From an uncultured Prevotellaceae bacterium (lineage in GTDB: Bacteria; Bacteroidota; Bacteroidia; Bacteroidales; Bacteroidaceae), in NCBI GenBank assembly GCA_902780635.1, contig CACZGH010000009.1:23557-87556 (forward strand): 64,000 nucleotides of DNA, given 5' to 3'. Below the pieces are notes generated by a model. That model worked only from the letters and a program-made list of their open reading frames with translations, had not been told where the DNA came from and searched no databases. This document shows positions 16,672-26,183 of the stretch, piece by piece (within the stretch, counting starts at the first letter, position 1; every line of letters begins with the position of its first letter). A program made the translations under genes and the position numbers.

Positions 16672-18342
16672 TTATACTGTGAAACTAAGGGCCACCACAC
16701 CATATCCCGGCACCTTGACGCCATGACAGCCATCGGCTTTGATCATCATGGTGCTCTTGCTGTCGGAGAGCAAGTCGGTGACGATACGCTTTCCTTCGGT
16801 CATCTGCAGGAATTCAAAGGCGTGACGGGGGATAACCACTTCACAATCTACTTCCTTTTCATCAAAATTGGCCACAATGAGGACTACCTTTTTGCCTGCT
16901 TTTCTGAGAAAAACAAATTGTCTGTCTGAGAGCTGAGGATTCATGTACATCAAGTCATAGAAAGTGCCTTCTCTCAGTGCTGGCTCCTCATTGGCCAACC
17001 GTAGTATCTTGCAGTAGATGCCATGCAGTGCCCTCTCCTCCTTTTTCAGTCTGCGCCGGTCATAATAACCTCTGAGCAGTGTGTCAACCGACCAATAGTC
17101 GAAGATGGTGGTGCGTCCGTCTTTGCCAGAATACCCTTCCTCATCCATGCCACGCTCTCCAAATTCCTGTCCGGCATACACCATCACGGCGTTGGGATGA
17201 AGCCAGGCACAAACAGCCAAAGCGGGGACGGCTTTCCTTGCGTCGGAGGCGAAGAAGTCACTGGCGATGCGCTGCTCGTCATGGTTCTCTAAGAAATACA
17301 GGGTGTGGCCCAGGATGTCGTCATTGGACTGCCACTGCCATGTGATGGCGGATGTTGGACGACGCTGGCAGATCACGTCGCGCAGACAGTCATACATACC
17401 CACCTTATCATAAAGCAAGTCAAAACCGGCGGCGATATAGGCACGGTATTGTGCAGGGTCATACACCTCACCGATGAACTGTATGTGGGGATAGGCAAAC
17501 TTCACCTTATCAGTGGCCCACGTCCAGAAGGCGGCAGGCACCATCTCGGCCATGTCGCATCTGAAAGCGTCGACGCCTTTCGAAGCCCAGAACAACAGGA
17601 TGTCAGTCATCTTGCTCCATGTGTCGGGAATGGGGTCGAAATGCTCCGACTTTCCACCGGCATCGCAATAGTCGATGCCATAGTTGAGCTTCACCGTCTC
17701 ATACCAGTCGTTACGGCCTGGATGGTTGTCGAAATGGTCATTGCCAGTGGCTTTGGCAGGATTTTCCTCATACACCGCCCCACCCTCTTCTGGCTGTGGC
17801 AGTTGTGAGACATCCAGCGGCTGTCCCCAGCAATAATAGAAGTTGTTCTTCGTAGAGAAATGAAAGAAGGTGTCATCCGTCTCACCCAGGTCTTTGGTTG
17901 TCTCAGGCTTGCGGATGGAGTGATACTCACGCGCCACATGGTTGGGAACAAAATCGATGATCACCTTCATCCCCGCCTCATGGGTACGCTTCACAAGACT
18001 CAAAAACTCCTCCATACGCTGATCCACCTCCACAGCGAGGTCGGGGTCAATGTCGTAATAGTCGGTGATGGCGTAGGGCGATCCCGCCTTTCCTTTCACC
18101 ACCATAGGTGTCTGACAGGGGATGCCATACGCCGAGTAGTCTGTGGCTGTGGCATGACGGATGACGCCCGTATACCATATATGCGTGATACCCATCTCAC
18201 GGATACGTTTGAGCGTATCCGTGTCGATATCACGCATTTTACCACAGCCATTCTCCTGAAGTGTGCCATTCACCTTTCGCGCACTGTTGGTATTACCAAA
18301 GAGGCGGGTGAATATCTGATAGATGACAGGGCGTTGTCTCAT
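16672..18342 (-). CDS. GH13 alpha-amylase-family glycoside hydrolase
   Basis: All four GH13 regions are readable: DFVPNHVA, GVDAFRCDMAEM, FIGEVYD and FLENHDEQR. Confidence 0.9.
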   Translation of the reverse strand: MRQRPVIYQIFTRLFGNTNSARKVNGTLQENGCGKMRDIDTDTLKRIREMGITHIWYTGVIRHATATDYSAYGIPCQTPMVVKGKAGSPYAITDYYDIDPDLAVEVDQRMEEFLSLVKRTHEAGMKVIIDFVPNHVAREYHSIRKPETTKDLGETDDTFFHFSTKNNFYYCWGQPLDVSQLPQPEEGGAVYEENPAKATGNDHFDNHPGRNDWYETVKLNYGIDYCDAGGKSEHFDPIPDTWSKMTDILLFWASKGVDAFRCDMAEMVPAAFWTWATDKVKFAYPHIQFIGEVYDPAQYRAYIAAGFDLLYDKVGMYDCLRDVICQRRPTSAITWQWQSNDDILGHTLYFLENHDEQRIASDFFASDARKAVPALAVCAWLHPNAVMVYAGQEFGERGMDEEGYSGKDGRTTIFDYWSVDTLLRGYYDRRRLKKEERALHGIYCKILRLANEEPALREGTFYDLMYMNPQLSDRQFVFLRKAGKKVVLIVANFDEKEVDCEVVIPRHAFEFLQMTEGKRIVTDLLSDSKSTMMIKADGCHGVKVPGYGVVALSFTV

Positions 18343-18343
18343 A

Positions 18344-19231
18344 TTATTCGATACCGTGAGCGGTGACTTCCTTGCTGATACGTGAAATCATTCCCTGCAG
18401 GGCTTTGCCAGGACCACACTCTGTGAAGTCAGTGGCACCATCGGCGATCATGTTCTGTACACACTGTGTCCAGCGCACACTGCTGGTGAGCTGTGCGATA
18501 AGGTTGGCCTTGATCTCGGCGGGATCGGTATGTGGCAGTCCGTCCACATTCTGATAGACGGGGCATTTCGGAGCATTGATCTCTGTCTCCTCGATGGCTT
18601 TCTGCAGTTCGTCCTTGGCGGGCTGCATGAGGGGTGAATGGAAAGCGCCTCCTACCTTGAGTGGCAGTGCTCTTTTCGCACCGGCGGCCTTCAGGGCAGC
18701 GCAGGCCTCATGGATGGCTTCCACATTGCCTGAGATAACCAGCTGGCCAGGGCAGTTGAAGTTGGCGGGCACAACGACGTATCCCTCTTTATTGATAGTA
18801 GCGCAGATTTCCTCCACCTTCTCATCGGCGATACCGATGATGGCAGCCATGGTTGAGGGTGCAGCCTCACAGGCTTTCTGCATGGCCATAGCACGTGCAT
18901 AAACCAGTCGCAGTCCATCCTCAAAACTCAAAGCACCAGCGGCCACCAATGCGGAAAACTCACCCAGCGAGTGACCTGCTGTCATCTCTGGTTGGAAGTC
19001 ATCACCCATACAAAGGGCACTGATGACGCTATGCAGGAAAACTGCAGGCTGCGTGACTTTGGTCTGTCTCAGATCCTCGTCAGTGCCGTCAAACATGATG
19101 TCCGTGATTCTGTAGCCAAGGATGTCGTTGGCTTTCTCAAAAAGTTCCTTAGCCAAGGGATTGTTCTCATAGAGTTCTTTACCCATGCCTACAAACTGCG
19201 CTCCCTGTCCGGGAAAAACAAATGCTTTCAT
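18344..19231 (-). CDS. fabD: ACP S-malonyltransferase
   Basis: MKAFVFPGQGAQ and the active-site GHSLGEFSAL. An upstream in-frame ATG at 19258 is an alternative start. Confidence 0.92.
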   Translation of the reverse strand: MKAFVFPGQGAQFVGMGKELYENNPLAKELFEKANDILGYRITDIMFDGTDEDLRQTKVTQPAVFLHSVISALCMGDDFQPEMTAGHSLGEFSALVAAGALSFEDGLRLVYARAMAMQKACEAAPSTMAAIIGIADEKVEEICATINKEGYVVVPANFNCPGQLVISGNVEAIHEACAALKAAGAKRALPLKVGGAFHSPLMQPAKDELQKAIEETEINAPKCPVYQNVDGLPHTDPAEIKANLIAQLTSSVRWTQCVQNMIADGATDFTECGPGKALQGMISRISKEVTAHGIE

Positions 19232-19318
19232 CTTTTTACTTAAAATTACCTTGTCCATGCTATCTGCTTGCAGGACAAAAAAAACTAATAATTATTGATT
19301 GTATTCAAATACAAGTTG

Positions 19319-19326
19319 CAAAATTA
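19319..19326 (-). promoter_or_regulatory. -7 promoter motif TAATTTTG upstream of fabD
   Basis: Matches TAnnTTTG on the minus strand. Confidence 0.45.
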
Positions 19327-19491
19327 CAACAAAAAAAGCACTCTGGCAAATTATCTTTGCCATTAATTGATTTGTTGATTATTCCGATGCGCTGAGCAAT
19401 CTGTGACTAGGCATTCTTCATACCCTCTGTCACAGTAGAGAGGATATTCTTGTATGAGCCTGATGCCTCACTTGACAGGCAGTTGTCGTCG

Positions 19492-20286
19492 CTATTCAGC
19501 TGAGCCATATTGCTCCAACACACTTTTCCATGGCGAGGGGAGAGATGATATGTCACCTGTGGAAAGAATGTCGTTTTGCTGACCGTCCCTCAACGTATAT
19601 TTGTTTTTGACTTCGTATTCGCCATATTGCTCCGCGTCGCTGACGATGCACAGTTCTTCCACTTTCTTCAGGTTTCCTTCCTCCCAGATGCTGCGTGTGA
19701 AGAAATCAGAACACCAAGAGCTGCTTCCTCCCTCAAAAACATACTTCTTGGAGGGATAGAGCATGATGTTTTGGTAACTGGGGTCACCCAAACTGCCTGC
19801 TCTCTTGAATTGTTTGGCTGTCGCATCCCAGACAAGCAGTGTGCTGTAAGTGCGTGATTCTCCCGTACCGATGAAGATGTCAACATATCCGTCGAAATTG
19901 GCATCCATAAAATGGATGGGCGCGTCATCACCCGTTGCCACAAATCCTTCTTCCGTATCAGAGAGCGTCTGAAGTGGCTGACCCTCATAAGTGATGGTCA
20001 CCGTGGTGTTGTCTTCTGAGAGGGCCACCTCCATCTCGTCATAGGTAGCAGGGCATTGTGACAGTACTATCAAGCCGTTTGCGTCTGGTTTAATCTCTGG
20101 GGCTTTCATGCTTTCCCCTGCGGTCTGCCCTACGGCCTCAGTAGTCGTTTCAGTGTCATTATCAGATACGGCAACCTGTTCTTTCGAGTTGTTGGGGCCC
20201 TTGCCACAAGCAGCCATGACGATCACGCTGGCGACCAAGGTGATAGCCACAGAAAAGAAAGTGGCAAAATGAAATTGCTTTTTCAT
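19492..20286 (-). CDS. lipoprotein, unknown function
   Basis: Signal peptide with a lipobox (VMAACGKG), 264 aa. I recognise no family. Confidence 0.65.
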   Translation of the reverse strand: MKKQFHFATFFSVAITLVASVIVMAACGKGPNNSKEQVAVSDNDTETTTEAVGQTAGESMKAPEIKPDANGLIVLSQCPATYDEMEVALSEDNTTVTITYEGQPLQTLSDTEEGFVATGDDAPIHFMDANFDGYVDIFIGTGESRTYSTLLVWDATAKQFKRAGSLGDPSYQNIMLYPSKKYVFEGGSSSWCSDFFTRSIWEEGNLKKVEELCIVSDAEQYGEYEVKNKYTLRDGQQNDILSTGDISSLPSPWKSVLEQYGSAE

Positions 20287-20300
20287 AAAAATGGTGGTTT

Positions 20301-21959
20301 TTATTTGTCGTTGATGATGATTTCTATCATTCCGTCACGCCAGAGCACAAGACGGCCGTCGAGTTTGGTGAGCAACAGGTCGGTCGAAGAGATACGCGTA
20401 GGCCAGGCGTCTCCTGTCGTGCCAGTAGAGAAATGGGCCCAGTCGTCGGAGGTCAGAAACCTGCTCTGGCTCCTGTAGGTCTTCCTTCCCAGGCGTAATG
20501 AGAGGTAATTGTCGGGGGTGACACTGATGAGGGTGTCTCGCCCCACCTCTATGGTCTGTCCCTGATAGTCGTGTTTGGCATAGAGCACCTCGCCAAATTC
20601 CTGCTCAGGCAGGTTGTAGTCGCATCGGATGGCGGTGGGAAAACCTTGTGGGAAACGGCGGTTGACCATCCAATAGTAATAATCGCCGCTCATCCAGCAA
20701 AGCCGGAGGGGGGTATCTCCCTGACCAGGGATGACAAAGGGGCGGATATTGTTTTTTGCCGAGAATGACGTGACCTGAGCACGACTTTTCACGGTGCCAT
20801 TAGGTTTCAAGGTCATCTTCCATATCTCGTAAGTGCCATCGGTCGTTATCTTGCCGTCAGCCATGGTGGGTTGTGACACATAAATCACATCGGAATGATT
20901 GGGGTCGAGTGCCATGCCGCCACTGTAACATTTCTCAGTATGCTGCCAACTCTGATGGAAGGCATGGCCGCCATCGCCCACTTCAGTCAGCCGCCATTTC
21001 TTCCCGGTCCATTTCGCCACAAGATATTGATGACTGTTCTTGTCCTCACTGATACGTGTCAAGGCGACTATTGGGTTCTCCTTGCTGTCGGTGGTCACCT
21101 GCCACACCCAGTCGCGGGCGTTATGAGGAGCGTCGATGATGGTGAGCGGGTATTGCTGTCTGTAGTCCTCGCTCTTGTTCACCTTAAAAGGCTGACCGTC
21201 AATCCGGGAGAGCATCGTGCCCTTGATGTCCTGCAACTGCATCGTGTTGATGTCGATGACATTGAGGTAGAGCCAGCACGGCCATTCATTGTCGGGATGG
21301 CCAGTGGTGTAAGCCATATAGATTTTGTCACGTCCGTTGCTATAGTATTTAGCATAGGGTCTTGCCCCTGTGCTCTGCACAATCTGTCGTGGACCGAAAT
21401 CCACCATCATCTGGTCATTCTTGTCGGGCATGGTGAGACGGGCGATGGTGGGATGCCAGTTGATGCCTCGCCAACACAGGTAGATGTGCTGCGGGTCATC
21501 ACTGAGGATGAAGGGCGACGGATAAGTGGTGTTGTGGTCGGTCTCGATATATTTCTCTTCACCGAGCGAGGTGATGTCACCTTTATGGGTGGAGATGCGA
21601 TACCAGATGCGGCGCTCATCGGTGTGCCGGGTATAGAAGATCATCACGCGCTCGTCGGGAAGCACAAGGAAAGTGGGGTTGTTGTGGTCATCAGGCTGAA
21701 AAAAGCTTCTGACAAGCACCTCCGTGCGCTTTCCTGAGAGGAAGTCCATCTGTGTAGCCCGTATGTTGCCATGTACATCGATATATCCGATGTATGTGGC
21801 ATTGATGCTGCCATCGGCGTTCTCGTAATGCAAGGCACGAGGGTCGGCAAACCAGCACCATGCTCCCTCAGCACTGACGGTATCGTTATCATAGACCTCA
21901 GCATACATGACAGGTGCGAGAAGGCATGCCATCACCACCAACAATATTTTCTCCTTCAT
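20301..21959 (-). CDS. secreted BNR-4 repeat-containing protein (beta-propeller family)
   Basis: A signal peptide followed by AEGAWCWFADPRALHYEN...YIGYID is characteristic of the BNR_4 family. The protein is 552 aa. Confidence 0.6.
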   Translation of the reverse strand: MKEKILLVVMACLLAPVMYAEVYDNDTVSAEGAWCWFADPRALHYENADGSINATYIGYIDVHGNIRATQMDFLSGKRTEVLVRSFFQPDDHNNPTFLVLPDERVMIFYTRHTDERRIWYRISTHKGDITSLGEEKYIETDHNTTYPSPFILSDDPQHIYLCWRGINWHPTIARLTMPDKNDQMMVDFGPRQIVQSTGARPYAKYYSNGRDKIYMAYTTGHPDNEWPCWLYLNVIDINTMQLQDIKGTMLSRIDGQPFKVNKSEDYRQQYPLTIIDAPHNARDWVWQVTTDSKENPIVALTRISEDKNSHQYLVAKWTGKKWRLTEVGDGGHAFHQSWQHTEKCYSGGMALDPNHSDVIYVSQPTMADGKITTDGTYEIWKMTLKPNGTVKSRAQVTSFSAKNNIRPFVIPGQGDTPLRLCWMSGDYYYWMVNRRFPQGFPTAIRCDYNLPEQEFGEVLYAKHDYQGQTIEVGRDTLISVTPDNYLSLRLGRKTYRSQSRFLTSDDWAHFSTGTTGDAWPTRISSTDLLLTKLDGRLVLWRDGMIEIIINDK

Positions 21960-22096
21960 AGTAAATTAGTTATGATTGCAAAGATATGCAAAGATACAAA
22001 GAATCCGCATAAATACACTGTCAGAAAGGTTTTTTCTGAGTTTTTTATATGGACGAGATTATTTTCACAACAAGTACTGTGGGCACCCATCACGAC

Positions 22097-22126
22097 AAAA
22101 AAACCGGCATGTCATCGACACACCGG
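22097..22126 (-). terminator. intrinsic terminator after rplI
   Basis: On the minus strand, hairpin CCGGUGUGUC...GACAUGCCGG (with G-U pairs) is followed by U7. It begins 26 nt after the rplI stop. Confidence 0.65.
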
Positions 22127-22151
22127 TTTTGATATGATTTGATTCAATGAA

Positions 22152-22694
22152 TTACTCTGCAGCGGGAGCCTCTTCCTCTTCAGCAGCCTCTACTTCGGGA
22201 GCTTCCTCAACAGCGGGAGCCTCTTCTACGACAGGAGCAGCCTCTTTAGGAGCATTCTCAGCCACCACCTTAACAGGCAGTTTCACCTCGACATCCTTGA
22301 AGAAATGTACCACAGCCTCATACTCACCCACGGTCTTGATATCACGCATGGTGATGATTTTGCGGTCTACCTCAATGCCTTTCTTGGCAAGCTCTGCAGC
22401 CACGATGGCAGCATTGACAGAACCGTAAAGCTGGCCTGTGGAGCTGACCTTGGCAGCTACTTCCACAACCACGTCCTGAAGCTGGTCGGCACGCTTCTGA
22501 GCAGCAGCTTTCTGCACTTCAATCTTGTGAGCCTGCTGACGAAGATTCTCTGCCAGCACTTTCTTTGCGGAGGGAGTGGCGATGACACCCAGTTTCTTTG
22601 GGATCAGATAGTTACGGCCATAACCTGGCTTCACATCCACAATCTCGTTCTTATATCCCAGTCCGATAATATCTTGTTTCAGTATAATCTGCAT
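22152..22694 (-). CDS. rplI: 50S ribosomal protein L9 with acidic Ala/Glu/Pro C-terminal extension
   Basis: MQIILKQDIIGLGYKNEIVDVKPGYGRNYLIP is the L9 N-domain. The gene follows rpsR. Confidence 0.95.
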   Translation of the reverse strand: MQIILKQDIIGLGYKNEIVDVKPGYGRNYLIPKKLGVIATPSAKKVLAENLRQQAHKIEVQKAAAQKRADQLQDVVVEVAAKVSSTGQLYGSVNAAIVAAELAKKGIEVDRKIITMRDIKTVGEYEAVVHFFKDVEVKLPVKVVAENAPKEAAPVVEEAPAVEEAPEVEAAEEEEAPAAE

Positions 22695-22712
22695 ACTTCG
22701 TCCTCCTCTTTA

Positions 22713-22982
22713 TTATTTCATCAAATCGGTTACGTATGGAAGCAGTGCAATCTGGCGGGCACGCTTGATAGCGGTGGCCACGCGGCGCTGATACTTCAGA
22801 GAGGTGCCAGTGATGCGGCGAGGAAGGATCTTACCCTGCTCATTGAGGAATTTCTTCAGGAACTCGGGATCCTTGTAGTCGATATACTTGATTCCGCTCT
22901 TCTTGAAACGGCAATATTTCTTCTTCTTGGTGTCTACTGACGGCGGGGTCAGATAACGGATTTCGGTATCGTTCTGTGCCAT
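22713..22982 (-). CDS. rpsR: 30S ribosomal protein S18
   Basis: [44 protein letters not shown]. Confidence 0.95.
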   Translation of the reverse strand: MAQNDTEIRYLTPPSVDTKKKKYCRFKKSGIKYIDYKDPEFLKKFLNEQGKILPRRITGTSLKYQRRVATAIKRARQIALLPYVTDLMK

Positions 22983-22985
22983 AGT

Positions 22986-23330
22986 TTAAGCCTCCTCTTT
23001 TTTACCTAATTTAATACGTCTCTTCTCAGCATACTGTGCGGCATACTTGTCGAGCTTCACAGTCATAAAGCGGATAACACGCTCGTCACGGCGATAGCCG
23101 GTCTCGAGGGTTTTGATCACTTCTGGCTCAGCCTTGAACTCCAGCAGACAGTAGAAGCCTGTGGATTTCTTCTGAATAGCATAAGCCATCTTCTTCAGTC
23201 CCCAGGTCTCTTCATTCAGAATCTCTGCACCCTTATCAGTGAGGATGCCCTTGAATTTAGCGACCGTTTCCTTCATCTGTTCATCAGACAAAACGGGAGT
23301 CAAAATGAAAACGGTTTCGTATTGATTCAT
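22986..23330 (-). CDS. rpsF: 30S ribosomal protein S6
   Basis: [18 protein letters not shown]..., in the conserved rpsF-rpsR-rplI order. Confidence 0.95.
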   Translation of the reverse strand: MNQYETVFILTPVLSDEQMKETVAKFKGILTDKGAEILNEETWGLKKMAYAIQKKSTGFYCLLEFKAEPEVIKTLETGYRRDERVIRFMTVKLDKYAAQYAEKRRIKLGKKEEA

Positions 23331-23373
23331 ACTTAAAAATGATTAAAAAATGTTGTTTTGCAAAAATGCGGTG

Positions 23374-23381
23374 CAAAGGTA
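23374..23381 (-). promoter_or_regulatory. -7 promoter motif TACCTTTG upstream of rpsF
   Basis: Matches TAnnTTTG on the minus strand, 44 nt before the ATG. Confidence 0.5.
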
Positions 23382-23414
23382 CTGCTTTTTCTTCATCCAC
23401 CAAAATATTTGTAG

Positions 23415-23422
23415 TATCTTTG
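23415..23422 (+). promoter_or_regulatory. -7 promoter motif TATCTTTG upstream of a small membrane ORF
   Basis: Matches TAnnTTTG, 30 nt before ATG 23452. It is divergent from the rpsF promoter. Confidence 0.45.
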
Positions 23423-23451
23423 CACCATATTTTGCAATTTTTTAAGGTTAC

Positions 23452-23631
23452 ATGAAGTTTTTCTCTCGTCGTAGCAGCATTTTACTGGTCATTCTGGGTG
23501 CTATCCTGTTGTTGGTGGGTGTTATCGCCCACTGGACCTACAGCAATGCCTTTTCCATGTTCTGCCTCCTGCTCATCATCGCCGGAGTCGTGCTGTATGT
23601 AGTCAGCGCCAAACGTAACAGTGACTATTAG
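23452..23631 (+). CDS. 59-aa two-helix membrane micro-protein
   Basis: MKFFSRRSSILLVILGAILLLVGVIAHWTYSNAFSMFCLLLIIAGVVLYVVSAKRNSDY. It falls just below the ORF-track cutoff and has its own promoter motif. Confidence 0.5.
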   Translation: MKFFSRRSSILLVILGAILLLVGVIAHWTYSNAFSMFCLLLIIAGVVLYVVSAKRNSDY

Positions 23632-23633
23632 CT

Positions 23634-23665
23634 GAACTCCTCAACTCCTCAACTCCCCAACTCCT
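23634..23665. repeat. octanucleotide tandem array (CAACTCCT)x4
   Basis: Read directly: gaactcct caactcct caactccc caactcct. Confidence 0.9.
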
Positions 23666-23697
23666 AAAAAAAACCACGCCATCAGTGATAGCGTGGT
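23666..23697 (-). terminator. intrinsic terminator after the response-regulator gene
   Basis: On the minus strand, a 7-bp stem pairs ACCACGC with GCGTGGT, has an 11-nt loop, and is followed by U8. Confidence 0.7.
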
Positions 23698-23719
23698 GTA
23701 AAGTGTATTTCAATGGTGA

Positions 23720-24418
23720 CTATTCCTCCTCGGGAGTGATAAGTTTGTATCCTTTGCCATGGATATTGATGATCTCTATCTGCGGGTCATCCTTCAGGTG
23801 CTTGCGCAGTTTGGTGATATACACATCCATGGAGCGGGCGTTGAAATAATTGTCGTCTATCCAAATGGTCTTCAGGGCGAAGTCGCGCTGCAAGATCTCA
23901 TTGGCATGGGAGCAAAGCAGGGCGAGCAACTCATTCTCCTTCGTGGTGAGCTTGGTTTGTTTCTCACCGATGGCCAAAAGCTGTTTCTGGGTGTCAAAGA
24001 CAAACTTGCCGATGTTGTAGAGCGTAGACTCCTTGTTTTTCTTGCCACGTACGCGACGCAGAATGGCCTCAATGCGGAGCACCAACTCCTCCATGGAGAA
24101 TGGCTTTGTGATGTAGTCATCAGCTCCAATCTTGAAACCTTCGAGGATATCGTCCTTCAGCTGCTTAGCAGTGAGGAAGATGATAGGGATTTCCGCATTG
24201 GCCTGGCGGATTTCCTGAGCCAGTGTGAATCCATCTTTCTTGGGCATCATCACGTCAAGCACACAGATGTCGTATTTGTTTTTGAGAAACTCCTTATAGC
24301 CAGCCTCTCCGTCGAGACACAGTTCTGCGGTGTATCCTTTAGCCTGCAGATACTCGCGAAGCAACATGCCGAGGTTCTCCTCGTCTTCGCACAATAGAAT
24401 TTTCAATTTTTCTTCCAT
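23720..24418 (-). CDS. OmpR-family response regulator
   Basis: Receiver domain (ILLCEDEENLG, VLDVMMPKKDG, LTAK) plus a winged-helix output domain. Confidence 0.92.
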   Translation of the reverse strand: MEEKLKILLCEDEENLGMLLREYLQAKGYTAELCLDGEAGYKEFLKNKYDICVLDVMMPKKDGFTLAQEIRQANAEIPIIFLTAKQLKDDILEGFKIGADDYITKPFSMEELVLRIEAILRRVRGKKNKESTLYNIGKFVFDTQKQLLAIGEKQTKLTTKENELLALLCSHANEILQRDFALKTIWIDDNYFNARSMDVYITKLRKHLKDDPQIEIINIHGKGYKLITPEEE

Positions 24419-24423
24419 AGTTT

Positions 24424-25983
24424 CTAATCTTTAATGACTGGTAATTGTATAGTAAATTTTGTTCCTTTTCCATATTCGCTGTCCACCTTGATGTCTCCTT
24501 TGTGCAGGTCGACGATCTTCTTGACATAAGCCAGTCCGAGTCCGAAACCTTTCACATTATGCACATTTCCGGTGTGTACGCGGTAGAACTTGTCGAAGAT
24601 TTTCTTCAGGTTCTCTTTCTTGATGCCGATGCCGTCGTCTTTGACCGACATATACAGATGCTCGTCATCGTTCCATGTCTTGATAAGCAGGTTGACCGGC
24701 TGATCCGGCTTACGGTATTTGATGGCATTGTCAAGCAGATTGAAGATGACGTTGGTGAAGTGTATCTCGTCGACAAATATCTTCGAGTCGATGGCCTCTA
24801 TGTCGACCATGATTTTACCGCCGGTGTGCTCCACTCGCAGGGTGAAGGTATTGGCCACATTCTCCACCATCTCGTTGAGGTCGAGTTCTTTTTTCTTGAA
24901 GATGGAGTCTTGCTTGTCAAACATGGACATCTGAAGCACTTTTTCCACAAGAAACCTCAGTCGTTTGGTCTCGTCTTGGATGGCGTGGCCAAGGTGGTTC
25001 ATCATCTCCGGGCTTTTCTTGAGTGCGTTGTCATTGAGCATCTGCGCAGCAAGTGAGATACTGGAGATGGGGGTCTTCAACTCATGGGTCATGTTGTTGA
25101 TGAAGTCGTTCTTGATCTCTGAGTATCGTTTCTGCCTGAACACCACAACGATGGTGAAGATGAAGGTGATGAGCAGGATGATGGTGAACACAATGGCGGG
25201 AATCATGAAACGGATACTGGAGAAGATGTATTTGTTCATCTCCGGGAAGTGAATCCTCACAAATCCTGTCTGGCTCTGAGGGTCGTTTTTATACAACTCC
25301 TGCTCGTAGGTATATTCCTCCCCTTCCTCGCTGTAGTCAGGACAACGATAGACCTCACGACCGTCACCGGTAGACACGGTAAAATGGTATGGTATGCTAA
25401 TGCCGCTGTTCTGCAGCTCTGCCTTGAGGTCGTGGTCGAGGAGTTTGAAGTTGACACGCTCCTGCAAGGGCTTCTCTGAGGCGGAGTAGAGGATATTCAT
25501 CACCACCTGGTCAAGCAGCGCCTTTTGATACACATAGCGGTTTCGCACAATCTCTTGCATCGACTTGTTGGTCTGAGACAGCGTACTTTTGTCGTTTCGC
25601 ACAATGAGCACCTTGGGCACCGACGAGGGCTTCACCTTGCTAGTCTTCATCTCAAAGGTGGAGTAGATGGTGCCGTCGTCGCTGATGGTGGTGTACTGGT
25701 GGGTACGACTGAGCATCGTGTCCTTTCCAAGGGCACTGATGATGAGGGAGTCGTGGACAATGCCCTTCCGACTGGCGGCACTGATGTCTTTCTCCAGGTA
25801 TCGCAGCGTCTCGTTGAGCTCAAGGTTGCGCGAAGCCTGATAGAGGGAACGCTTGACGGACTCGTCAAACTGCTCTTTCTTCATGCGCACCATCTCGTCG
25901 ATGTATTTAAGCTGCAAGAAGAGCAGCGCGAGAAACGAAAGCCCCATAATGGCCGATATGGTCCAGATCGTCTTCTTTTTCAT
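24424..25983 (-). CDS. sensor histidine kinase
   Basis: Two TM segments, H-box HELKTPISS, N-box LLDNAIKY and G-box GFGLGLAYV. Confidence 0.92.
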   Translation of the reverse strand: MKKKTIWTISAIMGLSFLALLFLQLKYIDEMVRMKKEQFDESVKRSLYQASRNLELNETLRYLEKDISAASRKGIVHDSLIISALGKDTMLSRTHQYTTISDDGTIYSTFEMKTSKVKPSSVPKVLIVRNDKSTLSQTNKSMQEIVRNRYVYQKALLDQVVMNILYSASEKPLQERVNFKLLDHDLKAELQNSGISIPYHFTVSTGDGREVYRCPDYSEEGEEYTYEQELYKNDPQSQTGFVRIHFPEMNKYIFSSIRFMIPAIVFTIILLITFIFTIVVVFRQKRYSEIKNDFINNMTHELKTPISSISLAAQMLNDNALKKSPEMMNHLGHAIQDETKRLRFLVEKVLQMSMFDKQDSIFKKKELDLNEMVENVANTFTLRVEHTGGKIMVDIEAIDSKIFVDEIHFTNVIFNLLDNAIKYRKPDQPVNLLIKTWNDDEHLYMSVKDDGIGIKKENLKKIFDKFYRVHTGNVHNVKGFGLGLAYVKKIVDLHKGDIKVDSEYGKGTKFTIQLPVIKD

Positions 25984-26167
25984 ATCGGCAAAGATAATTG
26001 AATATTTAATTGTTTAACACATAATTGTTAAAATATTCACTATGATTTAGTGATTTTAACTATTAATAATAAAGTTAATTGATAATTATTAATTATACAA
26101 ACGGCACTTCCACCTGATGATACACATTAATTATAATAGGTTATGAGGATTATCCAAAAAAAATACG

Positions 26168-26175
26168 TAACTTTG
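26168..26175 (+). promoter_or_regulatory. -7 promoter motif TAACTTTG only 8 nt before ATG 26184
   Basis: Matches TAnnTTTG. The spacing implies a leaderless or near-leaderless mRNA if the motif is functional. Confidence 0.4.
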
Positions 26176-26183
26176 CCAACGAA

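Noticed and set aside
19352-19359. + strand TATCTTTG promoter-like motif in the fabD / lipoprotein intergenic region, hinting at a ~130-nt sRNA.
   Set aside because: There is no downstream ORF, only weak 5-bp hairpins, and no terminator. A single 8-mer match can occur by chance in AT-rich spacers.
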